A DNA stretch of 64,000 nucleotides from an uncultured Candidatus Saccharibacteria bacterium (lineage in GTDB: Bacteria > Patescibacteriota > Minisyncoccia > Phycocordibacterales > UBA9973). Location: NCBI GenBank assembly GCA_964468315.1, contig CAYXTA010000001.1, positions 64,277-128,276 on the forward strand, read 5' to 3'. Positions 1 through 10,101 of the stretch are shown piece by piece; the stretch's first letter is position 1; the number at the start of each line of letters is the position of its first letter. A program made the translations under genes and the position numbers. The notes below the pieces were generated by a model. That model worked only from the letters and a program-made list of their open reading frames with translations. It was not told where the DNA came from and searched no databases.

Positions 1-1167
1 TATGCAGTTTTAATAACAGTTTTCCAACTGTTTAGACTTTTTGCTGCTATTATTTTCCCAACTATTTTAAGATACACTAGCTATTCAAACAAAGATGCTA
101 TTTTGAATTATTGGCCAGTAGTCACTATTGTTGTTCCTTGTATGAACGAGGAAGATGCTATTTTCCATACTTTAGAAAAATGCTTCCAAGCAGAATATCC
201 AGCTGAAAAATTGGAAGTGATAGTTATAAATGATGGAAGTACTGATAATACTATTGTTGAAATAAATAAAGCTAAAAAGAAATATCCAAAACTTGTTGTT
301 ATTGATTGGAAGGTAAATAAAGGAAAAAGAGAAGGTATGGCTGCTGGTTTTAGAATTGCACAAGGAGAAGTTGTTGTGCAATTAGATAGCGATAGTTATA
401 TAGAACCAAAAACTTTTAGAAACATGATACTTCCTTTTTACCACAAAGAAGTCGGAGCTGTTTGTGGTCATGCTGATGTTGCTAATGCAAATGTAAATTT
501 TATAACTAAAATGCAAGCAGGTTATTATTTTATTGCTTTTAGAATTTTAAAAGCAGCAGAATCAGTATTTGCTTCAGTTTTTTGTTGTAGTGGTTGTTCT
601 TCAGCCTATCGTAAGGATTTGGTATTACCAGTACTTGAACCATGGCTCAATGAGCGTTTTATGGGTGTTCAAGTAAAACACGGAGATGATAGATCTTTAA
701 CTGGTTGGGTTTTAAAATTAGGTTATAAAACAATTTATTCACACAAAGTACAGGCTTATACAATAGCACCCTCAACAGTAAAACAATTAATGAAACAACA
801 AGTTCGCTGGAAGAAATCTTGGGTTTCTAATGCTTTTTTTACATTTAAATATATTTTTAAAACAGATCCATTGGTAGGTATTTTTTATTTTACTCCACTT
901 ATTTTTATATCTTTTCTGACTCCAATAATAGCTTTTTATAATTTATATTACCTTTCTTTTTTTAGTAATACATTACCATTTAAATATCTTTTAGGTGGTT
1001 GTATAATCACAATACTTTACATGTTATATGCGTGGCGTTATGCAAAAAATAAAAAAAGATACATACAGTATTTTTTTATTTGGCAATTATTAACTTTAAC
1101 TGTTTTTAGTTATGTTTTATATTATTCATTTTTTAGATTTAGAGATCAACGTTGGGGTACTAGATAA
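1..1167 (+). CDS. Family-2 glycosyltransferase, processive synthase type (PgaC/IcaA/NodC/cellulose-synthase-like). 5' end lies outside the window.
   Basis: The reading frame is open from nt 1; the ORF track only starts at the internal Met at 103. Motifs seen: VVPCMNEE, INDGSTD, QLDSDS (DxD), QVRWKKSW (QxxRW), plus C-terminal TM helices. The upstream translation (AVLITVFQLFRLFAAIIFPTIL) looks like an N-terminal TM segment. Confidence 0.8.
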   Translation, partial: YAVLITVFQLFRLFAAIIFPTILRYTSYSNKDAILNYWPVVTIVVPCMNEEDAIFHTLEKCFQAEYPAEKLEVIVINDGSTDNTIVEINKAKKKYPKLVVIDWKVNKGKREGMAAGFRIAQGEVVVQLDSDSYIEPKTFRNMILPFYHKEVGAVCGHADVANANVNFITKMQAGYYFIAFRILKAAESVFASVFCCSGCSSAYRKDLVLPVLEPWLNERFMGVQVKHGDDRSLTGWVLKLGYKTIYSHKVQAYTIAPSTVKQLMKQQVRWKKSWVSNAFFTFKYIFKTDPLVGIFYFTPLIFISFLTPIIAFYNLYYLSFFSNTLPFKYLLGGCIITILYMLYAWRYAKNKKRYIQYFFIWQLLTLTVFSYVLYYSFFRFRDQRWGTR

Positions 1168-1169
1168 TT

Positions 1170-3971
1170 ATGCATAAAAAAAATATTACTACAAACAAAA
1201 AACATTTTATTTCTAGATCAATGCTTTTTATTTGCATGATCTTTATTTTTATTAGTGTTGTTTTTATTTTTAGTTCTAATTATTCTAAATTAAAATTAAT
1301 AAATATTAAATATCATTTAATAACCTCCTCCGGTATTTTGGTTGAAAAGTTTCTTTCTTTTAATAAAGATTTTTACTTAGATGATAAAATTGATGTTTCA
1401 AAATATACGAATACTCTACCAGTACTTCTGTATCACGGAATAAGTGAAGATAATAGTGATTATACTATTTCTAAAAAAGAATTTAGAGATCAAATGGTCA
1501 TGCTCAAAAAAGCAGGTTTCAATACTATTGATGTCGATACTTTTGTTCTTTTTATGAATGGTAAAATAAAATTACCTAAAAAATCATTTTTACTTACTTT
1601 TGATGATGGACGTAAAGATAGTTTCTATGGGGCTGATCCTATACTCTCTGAGCTTGGTTTTAAGGCTTTGATTTTTATTGCCCCTGGTCAATCATTAACA
1701 AAGTCTTCTTTTGATTCTAAATATTATTTAAATATTCAAGAAATTAAAAACATGGTTGAAACCAATAGGTGGGAAATAGGATCACACGCTATGCAAAATT
1801 TTGGTGGTTTTATTGATATTAATAAAAATGGTGAAAAAGGTAACTTTTTAAGTAATCGTATGTGGCTTTATGACTTTAATAGATTAGAAACAAAAGGTGA
1901 ATATATAAAAAGATTACAATATGAATTTTCTGAATCAAAAAAAGAAATATCTAATATAACACACAAAGAAAATATACTTTTTTCTTATCCTTTCGGTGAT
2001 GATGGTTATCAAAGTATAAACGAAAAATCCGCTATTCCTACTATTAGAAACATGATTTCAAAATATTATCCTTATGCTTTTAAGCAAGTACTTAGACCTA
2101 ATAATGGATTTGCTGCAAATAGCCCATATGATAATTCATATCTTTTAAAGCGTATAGAAATTAAGAAAAATACATTAAAAGAAAAATTATTAGAAGATTT
2201 AGAAAATAGTACAGATTTAATATTAAAAGAAGAAATTTTTGATTCAAAAAAAATGTTTAATTTGTTTACTCGTTGGCATACTATTTGGGGTAAAGATCCG
2301 GTCTATGAGAAAAAAGAAATGGTAATGAGATTAAGTAAAGAAAAACCAAGTAGCATGATAATGCTTGATGGAACTAGAAGTTGGTCTAATTATCAATTCA
2401 ACGTTTTAGTAAATAATGCACAAAAAGACGATATAATGCTTTACGCAAGACTTACTGATTCTAGAACTTACGGTGTTAGATGTTTATGGTCTAATAAATT
2501 TGTAACAATAGAAGAATTGTCCAATGTTTCAAATGAAGAAAAAAATAAATTTCCTAGAGTAAATAATTTGGATAATAATATTGATTTAAATTTAGGCATA
2601 GCAGTAAAAGACAATATTGCTGGTTGTTATGAAAATGGAAATTTAGTTGCAGCTATGGAATTAGTTGAAACTCCTAAAATAGGTGGTATCGGTATGGAAT
2701 TTTGGACAAATAAAAAAGAAAATTCATTTTTGAATATCAAATCATATTCTTTTTCTTTACCTAGAATAAATAAAGATGATGTAATTTTTTTGAATAAATT
2801 TATTACGAAATCTTTAGTTCAAGAAAAAGATCCTTTTTATTTAAAAAGCCTAATGAAGTCTTTTGAGTTACCACCTAGATATGCTACGGGTGAGTCTTTA
2901 ATAAATGATGACCCACAGTTTTTTATTGAACAAAAATATGGTTATATAGATTCTGTTTTCTCAACTTCTTTGGGTGTTTTTACTACTTCAATAAAATTTC
3001 TTTCAAAAGATTCCGGAGCTATAATTCTTTGGCCAACATTACCTGCTAAAAATGGAGAAGAATATATAATTGAATCTAGGTTTGTGTCTAATGTACCTTC
3101 AGTTTTAAAAGTAAAATTTACAAGATTAAACGGAAGTGTTTTTTGGCAAACTCTAAAAAGTTTTCCTATTTCTAATGAAGAAAAATCTTACCAAGTTTCA
3201 TTTAGGGTTCCTGAAACAGCTCATAGTTTTAATGTTTATCATATGATTGAATCTCCTGGTGAAATAACAATATTTTCTCCACGTATTTACCCATTAAGTA
3301 CTGGTGATTTAGACAAACCAATTGTTAGTCTAGTTTTTGATGATGGAAAGAAGACTTTCAAAGAAAATGTATTACCAATCTTATATAAAGAAAAAATACC
3401 AGCGACTGTTGCTATTATTACAAGTCACACAGCTTTTCCTAATTATATGAATCCAAAAGATTTATATGATTTATCGAAATTAGGTTTTGAAATATCAGCA
3501 CACACTAGAACCCATACAGATTTAAAGAGTGGTTTTTCAGAAGAATTTCTTGTAAAAGAAATAATAGGATCTTGGTTTGATTTATATGATTTAGGTTTTA
3601 ATGTAGATACTTTTGTATATCCATATGGAAATTACACAGAACAATCAAAAAAAATTAGTTCTACTCGTTTCTTGGGAGCTCGTGGAGTTGAAAGAGGTTT
3701 CAATGATAGAAATACAGATCTATATGCTTTAAAAGATCAGCTTATAGAAAAAACAACAACTGAAAATGAAATAAAAAATTGGTTGAGTATAGCAAAAAAA
3801 GAAAATTCTTGGCTTATTTTAGAATTTCATGATGTTTTTGCTGATGACAATTTTCTTGATTCTGAGGCAATTACAACTAAACAGTTGTCAATGATTATTA
3901 AAAATATTAAAGATAGCGGTGTGGAGATAGTTACTTTACATGATGGTATTATGAAATTGCGTGAACGTTAA
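1170..3971 (+). CDS. Large membrane-anchored polysaccharide deacetylase with two NodB-homology domains (PgaB/IcaB-like).
   Basis: N-terminal TM helix. Domain 1 has LLYHGISEDN...TFDDGRKDSF...GSHAM. Domain 2 has SLVFDDGKKTF...SAHTRTHTDL...ILEFHDV (DD and HxxxH metal motifs). It starts 3 nt after the GT2 stop, so it is probably in an operon with it. Confidence 0.75.
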   Translation: MHKKNITTNKKHFISRSMLFICMIFIFISVVFIFSSNYSKLKLINIKYHLITSSGILVEKFLSFNKDFYLDDKIDVSKYTNTLPVLLYHGISEDNSDYTISKKEFRDQMVMLKKAGFNTIDVDTFVLFMNGKIKLPKKSFLLTFDDGRKDSFYGADPILSELGFKALIFIAPGQSLTKSSFDSKYYLNIQEIKNMVETNRWEIGSHAMQNFGGFIDINKNGEKGNFLSNRMWLYDFNRLETKGEYIKRLQYEFSESKKEISNITHKENILFSYPFGDDGYQSINEKSAIPTIRNMISKYYPYAFKQVLRPNNGFAANSPYDNSYLLKRIEIKKNTLKEKLLEDLENSTDLILKEEIFDSKKMFNLFTRWHTIWGKDPVYEKKEMVMRLSKEKPSSMIMLDGTRSWSNYQFNVLVNNAQKDDIMLYARLTDSRTYGVRCLWSNKFVTIEELSNVSNEEKNKFPRVNNLDNNIDLNLGIAVKDNIAGCYENGNLVAAMELVETPKIGGIGMEFWTNKKENSFLNIKSYSFSLPRINKDDVIFLNKFITKSLVQEKDPFYLKSLMKSFELPPRYATGESLINDDPQFFIEQKYGYIDSVFSTSLGVFTTSIKFLSKDSGAIILWPTLPAKNGEEYIIESRFVSNVPSVLKVKFTRLNGSVFWQTLKSFPISNEEKSYQVSFRVPETAHSFNVYHMIESPGEITIFSPRIYPLSTGDLDKPIVSLVFDDGKKTFKENVLPILYKEKIPATVAIITSHTAFPNYMNPKDLYDLSKLGFEISAHTRTHTDLKSGFSEEFLVKEIIGSWFDLYDLGFNVDTFVYPYGNYTEQSKKISSTRFLGARGVERGFNDRNTDLYALKDQLIEKTTTENEIKNWLSIAKKENSWLILEFHDVFADDNFLDSEAITTKQLSMIIKNIKDSGVEIVTLHDGIMKLRER

Positions 3972-3990
3972 TTATTGATATAATAAACAT

Positions 3991-5229
3991 ATGAACAAAA
4001 TTAAATTTATTTTCAGCGCGGTATTAGTTTTTTTAATAGTTTTATTGTCTTTTAAAAGCTTTTTTTTGAAAGACAAAATTAAGCCATCTAAAAATATAGT
4101 TTATCGTAGTGTAAATATTTTTGACAACAAGTCATCAAACACCACAGCAAGTGCATTTGTCCCTTTTTCCTCATCTTTTAATGTTGAAGAAGCTGGTAGT
4201 ATGGCAGAGTCTGTTAGTAGTATTTTTTGGGTAAGCTCAGGAGGAAGGCTTAGTGTTAATAATGCTATCGCAGACACAATACAAGGAGATTTACTTCCTA
4301 CTGATAATTGGTATACAGTTTACTTGGCATCAAATGCTATTGATACTGATGCTGGTATTCATCCACAAAACATTTTTCGTTTAGTAACTAAAAATGTTTG
4401 GAAAGACGCCACACAAAGTTTGTATTTTAAAATAAATAAACTAAATTTAAGTAGTAGCCCAAATCGTAATGCATCAAATGGTATTTTTATGATGCAAAGA
4501 TATACTGATTCAAATAATTTATATTACACAGGTTTACGCGTAGATGGTTACGCAGTGATTAAAAAGAAGATTAATGGTAATTATTTTACCATGGCAAGCG
4601 CGAAAGTTTTTGATGGAACGTATGATCATGATAGTGCACCTAATTTATTACCATTAAACACATGGGTTGGCTTTAGAACAGAAACAATAAACAACACAAA
4701 CGGTGGGGTAGATATAAACATTTATGTTGATAAGGCTGGTAACGGAACCTGGGTAAAGGTATTATCATCTATTGATAATAATACTTCATATGGAGGGAAT
4801 TCATTTAGTAATACTGGTTATTCTGGTCTTCGTACTGATTTTATGGATGTTTCTTTTAAATCTTATGAATTGAATGACTTAACTCCTCCACCAACAATTG
4901 AACCATTCCCTACGACTCCACCGGTTGTTGTTAATACTGATTATTCAATACCACCAGTTGTAATTATTTCGAAACCAGCAGATAAAACTTTTATTTCTAA
5001 AAAGAAAGATTTGGTTGTGGGTATTTTAGGTAGTGATGCAAGTGGAATTAGTAAGATCGTTATGTTTATAGATAATAACGAAGTAAAAAATTGCACAAAT
5101 TCAACTTCATGTACTTTTACTGTAAGTATGAGAAATTATTCTATTGGTAAACATATAGTATCTGCAAAAGTTACCGACAAAGAGTCACAATCTACACTCA
5201 GTAATATAACTATAAATATTACAAAATAG
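3991..5229 (+). CDS. Secreted or membrane-anchored protein: possible concanavalin-like lectin/glycosidase-fold domain, a Pro-rich linker and a C-terminal Ig-like domain.
   Basis: N-terminal hydrophobic anchor. Central beta-rich region (YTDSNNLYYTGLRVDGYAVIKKK...NTWVGFRTE). Linker TPPPTIEPFPTTPPVVVNTDYSIPPVV. C-terminal Ig-like beta domain. It sits in the GT2-deacetylase locus. Confidence 0.45.
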   Translation: MNKIKFIFSAVLVFLIVLLSFKSFFLKDKIKPSKNIVYRSVNIFDNKSSNTTASAFVPFSSSFNVEEAGSMAESVSSIFWVSSGGRLSVNNAIADTIQGDLLPTDNWYTVYLASNAIDTDAGIHPQNIFRLVTKNVWKDATQSLYFKINKLNLSSSPNRNASNGIFMMQRYTDSNNLYYTGLRVDGYAVIKKKINGNYFTMASAKVFDGTYDHDSAPNLLPLNTWVGFRTETINNTNGGVDINIYVDKAGNGTWVKVLSSIDNNTSYGGNSFSNTGYSGLRTDFMDVSFKSYELNDLTPPPTIEPFPTTPPVVVNTDYSIPPVVIISKPADKTFISKKKDLVVGILGSDASGISKIVMFIDNNEVKNCTNSTSCTFTVSMRNYSIGKHIVSAKVTDKESQSTLSNITINITK

Positions 5230-5315
5230 TTTTTTTATGTGCTTTACATAGTTTTGAATGAATGCTACTGTCTAGTTAGTAGTAAATATAATTTGAACCT
5301 TAAAAACTAGAAATC

Positions 5316-5597
5316 ATGAAAAAATTAAAATTTATCGACAAGAAAATTTTGATCTCATTTAAAATGCAAGGTGATTTTATTTCACTTAAAAACTTACTTA
5401 AGTTATTAAGTAGAGAGAAAAAACTAGGCATTACGATGATTTCAGGAACTCCCAAAATGTTTCCTAAGGAAAAAAGACAGGATGCATCTATTAGAGAATT
5501 TTTTATAAAGATTGAGTGTATACAAGAAAAGCTTTCGGAAGTTGAAACTTTTATAAAAGATCATTTTCAAACAATCTCTGACGCCTCGTATCCTTGA
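5316..5597 (+). CDS. Small Lys-rich hypothetical protein.
   Basis: 93-aa ORF followed by a hairpin plus T-run terminator around 5620-5665. Confidence 0.3.
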   Translation: MKKLKFIDKKILISFKMQGDFISLKNLLKLLSREKKLGITMISGTPKMFPKEKRQDASIREFFIKIECIQEKLSEVETFIKDHFQTISDASYP

Positions 5598-5711
5598 ACT
5601 TCTTTGTTCTAAGAAAAGTCTATATTCATCGTAGTATGGACTTTTTATTTTTTATTTTGTCACATAATTCTTTATTATTCGTTATAATATCAAGAGTGTA
5701 TTACCCATACT

Positions 5712-6236
5712 ATGAAATTAGACCCAATCCTGATGCATATAGATGATGAAGCTTTATACAATGAGTTCTTTGCTCCGCTTTTTCGGTATTTATTTTTTCG
5801 AACGAAAGATCATAATATAGCAAATGATTTGACCCAAACCAGCTTTTTAAAGTTTCTTAGTCAGGAGAAAAAAGCTCTTGAAAAAGAATACGCAGTGAAA
5901 CTACTATTTACTATTGCGAGAAATACACTTATTGATTATCGACGAGTTGAAACTAAAAGAATTCATGAAAATGTTGATGATATAGAAAATATTCGAAGTG
6001 AGATATTAAATCCGGAAGAAGATGCAATTTTAGAAGAAGATAAGAAATTTGTCCGGGAAATACTGCACCAACTTGATGATCTCGAAGGAGAAGTTTTCTC
6101 AATGAGGTTGTCGGGAGAAATAGATTACACTACAATAGCAGCTACTTTGGGAATTAGTTCTGTAAATGCCCGTACAATATATTCACGGGCATTAAAAAAA
6201 GTCGGAGCAGAACTTAAAAAAAGTAATCGTTTTTAA
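5712..6236 (+). CDS. RNA polymerase sigma-70 factor, ECF subfamily.
   Basis: Region-2-like LTQTSFLKFL...TIARNTLIDYRR and a region-4 HTH (DYTTIAATLGISSVNARTIYSRALKKV). About 174 aa. Confidence 0.8.
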   Translation: MKLDPILMHIDDEALYNEFFAPLFRYLFFRTKDHNIANDLTQTSFLKFLSQEKKALEKEYAVKLLFTIARNTLIDYRRVETKRIHENVDDIENIRSEILNPEEDAILEEDKKFVREILHQLDDLEGEVFSMRLSGEIDYTTIAATLGISSVNARTIYSRALKKVGAELKKSNRF

Positions 6237-6240
6237 ATAT

Positions 6241-6741
6241 ATGGATACACAAGAAAAAAAAATTGAAGAAAAAATAAAGAGTTACTTGTTGCACATCAAG
6301 CCATCACAAGTATTATTTGAAGATACTCTAAAAAAAGCTGTCACAGACGGCAATGTACATCGTTATAGTAGAGAGAAGGCTCCAGGGCTTTCATTTTATC
6401 AATTAATTAATAGTTATATTAACATGAAAAAAAAGCTTTTGATTGGCGTACCTGTCGGGTTGGTTGCCCTTGTTGTGGTATTCTTTTCAATACAATCTAT
6501 TGATCAAGTTATGCCGATTGCAAAAAATTCGATAGTAGTACCACAAATAAATGGCAATATTCTGGATAAGAAAATAGTAAAAGAGGATGATTCTATCGAT
6601 AGTATTATTGCAAGCTTCAATGATGAGGCCGAAGATGATGCAAAAGTAGCATTAAGTGAATCAGAAGAAGCAACATCATTGATGGTTGAATTACAAGATT
6701 ATAATAATATAAAAATATACACATATGAAGACACAATATAA
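6241..6741 (+). CDS. Putative anti-sigma factor (single-pass membrane protein).
   Basis: It lies 4 nt downstream of the ECF sigma gene. About 60 aa of cytoplasmic N-terminus, then one TM helix (LLIGVPVGLVALVVVFFSI), then an acidic extracytoplasmic tail. Confidence 0.4.
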   Translation: MDTQEKKIEEKIKSYLLHIKPSQVLFEDTLKKAVTDGNVHRYSREKAPGLSFYQLINSYINMKKKLLIGVPVGLVALVVVFFSIQSIDQVMPIAKNSIVVPQINGNILDKKIVKEDDSIDSIIASFNDEAEDDAKVALSESEEATSLMVELQDYNNIKIYTYEDTI

Positions 6742-7462
6742 CAAAATAGTTGCTGGCGCATTTGCACTTAGCATTTTAGTTTCCCCGTTTGCTGGTTTTG
6801 CAGCTGAAACAAAAGTAAAAGGAGGATCTTTTTGCAATAAAATAGATGCCGTGACTGAAAAAATAAATACTCGCTTAGTAACCCACTTAGATAAGTTTGC
6901 TGTAAGGAAAAATACAAGAATCGCCAACATATCCAAGAGACGTGTCACTAGAGATGAAAACCGTGCTGACCATAGAGAAATTAAAGATATAAAAGTTGAT
7001 ACACGTATTAGTAATTTGACAGCAAAAGCTGATACAGAAGCTAAAAAATTAGCAGTTGTGTCTTTTGAGCAATCAGTAAATTCTGCTATATCACAAAGAC
7101 GTGCTACTGTGGATGAAGCAGTCCTAAAATTTAGAAATGGGGTAGACAACCTCATTACTACTAAATTTAATTCAATCGACAATAGTGCTGCAGTATTCAA
7201 GCAATCAGTAAATGAAGCGATTGTGGCAGCAAAGAATTCATGTGCAAATGGCACTGATAGCGAAATAGTTCGTACTACCATGAGAAATAGTATCAAAGTT
7301 GCTCAGGATAAGTTTAAAACAAATAGAATCGATACTTCGATAGAAGCAGACATAAATGCTCTTGTAGAAATAAAAAGACAATCGATAGATGGAGCGGTAG
7401 TAAAATTTAAAGCTGATATGGAGAAAGCAAAAGCAGATCTTAAAATTGCATTTGGGGCTTAA
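6725..7462 (+). CDS. Secreted alpha-helical protein with a signal peptide.
   Basis: Signal peptide MKTQYNKIVAGAFALSILVSPFAGFAAE. It overlaps the anti-sigma ORF by 17 nt, so it is probably in the same operon. The antisense ORF 6691..7296 is judged spurious. Confidence 0.5.
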   Translation: MKTQYNKIVAGAFALSILVSPFAGFAAETKVKGGSFCNKIDAVTEKINTRLVTHLDKFAVRKNTRIANISKRRVTRDENRADHREIKDIKVDTRISNLTAKADTEAKKLAVVSFEQSVNSAISQRRATVDEAVLKFRNGVDNLITTKFNSIDNSAAVFKQSVNEAIVAAKNSCANGTDSEIVRTTMRNSIKVAQDKFKTNRIDTSIEADINALVEIKRQSIDGAVVKFKADMEKAKADLKIAFGA

Positions 7463-7575
7463 GCTCAATGTGAGCCTTTAACAGATAGAACTAATTTGAT
7501 TCCTTACCCCACAAGGCGGTTTATTACCTAACTAAAATACCACATCGACCCTTCTCGTGTGTAAGTAAAAACCAA

Positions 7576-8049
7576 TTATTTCTTTAAGAGTTTCAGTTGT
7601 TTAATATCTTCGATATCTACTTCCCGGGATAATTTTGTTTTGTGTGCGATGAGAGCATCCAATTTCTCAATTGGAACTTTCTTTCCATATATTTCAATCA
7701 ATTCATAATCATCCAAATCTGAACCAGTCTTCTCCCAGATCTCTTTTTCTTTGTTGAATATTTTTGCTTCTATACCGGCAATATCAATTTCCTGTCCCTC
7801 GTATTGAAGCGTCATTAGATTCAAATCCCAATTTTCATCTTTATACCCATCAGGGCCATATACAATATACGGCTTAACTTCATTAGAAATTAGAGCTATG
7901 TCATTATCGTTCACTTCAATATCAATGTCAGCCAATTCACGATTTACACCATAGATACGAGCTGCAAAGCCACCTGAAATCTTGTAAGGAATTTTCATTT
8001 TTTCAAGAATTTCCGTTATCCATAAAAAAGCTTTTTCTGTATTTTTCAT
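7576..8049 (-). CDS. Nucleotidyltransferase-fold protein (Pol-beta-like NTase superfamily).
   Basis: SGGFAARIYGVNRELADIDIEV matches the hG[GS]-x(9-13)-DhD NTase signature. Confidence 0.5.
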   Translation of the reverse strand: MKNTEKAFLWITEILEKMKIPYKISGGFAARIYGVNRELADIDIEVNDNDIALISNEVKPYIVYGPDGYKDENWDLNLMTLQYEGQEIDIAGIEAKIFNKEKEIWEKTGSDLDDYELIEIYGKKVPIEKLDALIAHKTKLSREVDIEDIKQLKLLKK

Positions 8050-8210
8050 TTAGAATCCTAATAATATTGTTTAATATTTTTTAGTATACAATTTTAAACT
8101 TTCTTGTGCAATATTTAAATAGTGACAAAAGTGACACAAAATAAGATAAATAGTTACAGTTTTGTGTAATTATTTTTTAAGTTTAATATAATAAATTAAA
8201 TAATTTTTAT

Positions 8211-9116
8211 TTACCCAACTAATACACCACCAATACAGATTAAGATTATTGCAATAATCTTCCGTAATAGATTTTTAGTATCTAAGACCTCATTAAGATT
8301 AATTTTAAGTTTTTGTTGAATAATAAATACAATAAAAATTAGTACAAAAGGATAAAAAGATGACATGGATGATACTTGAGAAACAGAAGCTAAAGATAAA
8401 GCTTTCAAAAAGAAAAAAGAATTCCCGAAATCAGCAACCTTAGCAGGTATTGATATATATGTATATTTTAATAGTGTTGGCATATTTGGTTTTTCTACTT
8501 TTAAACATAAATGACTAAATATAATTACACAAGTTAAAAACAATACAGCCATACTCCAAACACTCACAAGAAAGCTTGTTTCTGATATTTTTAGATTTGT
8601 GTAAGAATTTTGAAAAATATACATTTCAGAACCATATAATATAGCATCAAAAATAAATATTCCGAAAATTAACATTTTTTGTTTTCTGCCACCAAAAATT
8701 CCTTTTTTAGCAAAAAATATAAGACCACCAGCTACTAACAAAAAGATACCTAAAATTGTAGATACATTAAAATTCTTACTAAGAATAAAAATATCGATTG
8801 GTAGAAATAATAAAGGTAAAAAATTACTCATTAAACTTGAAGATGTTACTTCTATCTTCTTAAGAAGATAAGTATAAAAAATAGCGCTTATTCCATAAAA
8901 TATTCCCAAAAAAATAATAGAAAAACTTAATGTTAATGTTGGAATCTTATTTTCTATTAGAATTCCTCCCAAAATACTAATAATTAAAAAAAGTACATTA
9001 CGAATCCATGTAGCGTTTAAATTGCCAATAGTTTTATTTTTAACTATATTTGCTTTATCTATCGTTTCTTCTAATGCTGCACTAAAAAGTGAACCAAAAC
9101 TATATATTTGCCACAT
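8211..9116 (-). CDS. Polytopic membrane protein (about 10 TM; possibly a DMT/EamA-like transporter).
   Basis: Hydrophobicity pattern only. Its first 7 codons (MWQIYSF) are duplicated at 11273-11300. Confidence 0.45.
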   Translation of the reverse strand: MWQIYSFGSLFSAALEETIDKANIVKNKTIGNLNATWIRNVLFLIISILGGILIENKIPTLTLSFSIIFLGIFYGISAIFYTYLLKKIEVTSSSLMSNFLPLLFLPIDIFILSKNFNVSTILGIFLLVAGGLIFFAKKGIFGGRKQKMLIFGIFIFDAILYGSEMYIFQNSYTNLKISETSFLVSVWSMAVLFLTCVIIFSHLCLKVEKPNMPTLLKYTYISIPAKVADFGNSFFFLKALSLASVSQVSSMSSFYPFVLIFIVFIIQQKLKINLNEVLDTKNLLRKIIAIILICIGGVLVG

Positions 9117-9155
9117 TTTATGATTATACCAAATAATTTGTGATATTATTAGTAT

Positions 9156-9719
9156 ATGTTAAGTATAAAAATACCAGATTCAAAAAGAAAAAAAGCACTT
9201 ATATTAATAGATCTCCAGCCCATATTTTTAAACAATAAAAATTCTTATGTTTTGAAAAACATGGAAAATCTTTTTAAAAATGAAGAATATTTTATGTATA
9301 TTAAAGCTACTTTTTCTGCTCCTAAGGGCTCTATTTGGGATAAACAGCTCGGATGGATTGTTGAAGAAAATAAAGATACAGATGTATTTCCAGCGAGGAT
9401 TTTAGAATTATTAAAAGATAAAAACTGCATCAATGTTAAAAAAGAAACAAAATCAATATTCAAAGGAACACCAGATATTTTACCGATCTTGAAAGAAAAT
9501 GGAATAGAAGAGATTAATATTATCGGCGTTGATACTAATGATTGTATTCTTGCTACAGCATATGAATCTTTCGACTATGGATTCTTTACATATATCATCG
9601 AAGAATGTGTACAATCCAGCGAAGGGGAGGAAATACATGAAGCAGGATTAAAAGTTTTAAGGCATGTGAATCTGACCAATAATTCTTGTATCGAGAAGAT
9701 TGGGTTTAAGGAAATATGA
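9156..9719 (+). CDS. Isochorismatase-family cysteine hydrolase (nicotinamidase PncA-like).
   Basis: ALILIDLQPIF (Asp) and IIGVDTNDCILATA (catalytic Cys) are typical of the family. The stop overlaps the next start (ATGA). Confidence 0.7.
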   Translation: MLSIKIPDSKRKKALILIDLQPIFLNNKNSYVLKNMENLFKNEEYFMYIKATFSAPKGSIWDKQLGWIVEENKDTDVFPARILELLKDKNCINVKKETKSIFKGTPDILPILKENGIEEINIIGVDTNDCILATAYESFDYGFFTYIIEECVQSSEGEEIHEAGLKVLRHVNLTNNSCIEKIGFKEI

Positions 9720-10060
9720 ACATGCAAACATATAATTTTTTATTTGTAATAGTTTTATCTACTGTTGTACTTACACGACTTTGGCTTTTATTGAAACCAA
9801 TATCTAGTCCTAGATTAAAAGGATTCAAGCTTCATCATTATATGTATGGTTTGATTATTGTTGGCATTTCTATTTTTCTTTCAAATATTATTTTATATGG
9901 AATTGGTTTTGGTTTAATAGTTGATGAATTACCACTTTTTTTAAGGTATAAAAATAATCATTTTCACTGGAAAGAATATAATTCAATTTATAGTAGATTG
10001 GGTGTTATTATTTGCCTTGTTTTGGTGTATATATTTAGAAAATATCTTATTTTATATTGA
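9716..10060 (+). CDS. Small membrane protein (3 TM).
   Basis: Translationally coupled to the isochorismatase-like gene. Hydrophobic. Confidence 0.4.
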   Translation: MNMQTYNFLFVIVLSTVVLTRLWLLLKPISSPRLKGFKLHHYMYGLIIVGISIFLSNIILYGIGFGLIVDELPLFLRYKNNHFHWKEYNSIYSRLGVIICLVLVYIFRKYLILY

Positions 10061-10101
10061 TTTGCTATAATTAAACCATTATTAATTTATAATAAAAATA
10101 T

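Noticed and set aside
6691-7296. 201-aa ORF on the minus strand, antisense to the secreted-protein gene 6725..7462. Similar antisense or overlapping ORFs occur at 172..381, 14993..15304, 34073..34303, 38641..38937, 39559..39912, 42988..43326, 48047..48328, 49475..49828, 52274..52655 and 54423..54785.
   Set aside because: They fully overlap well-supported genes on the opposite strand, have biased low-complexity composition and no recognisable motifs. They are treated as frame shadows.
7462-7560. A partial inverted repeat (GCTTAAGCTCA...TGAGCCTTTAA) after the 6725..7462 gene as a terminator.
   Set aside because: The stem is imperfect and not followed by a T-run. Confidence is too low to annotate.
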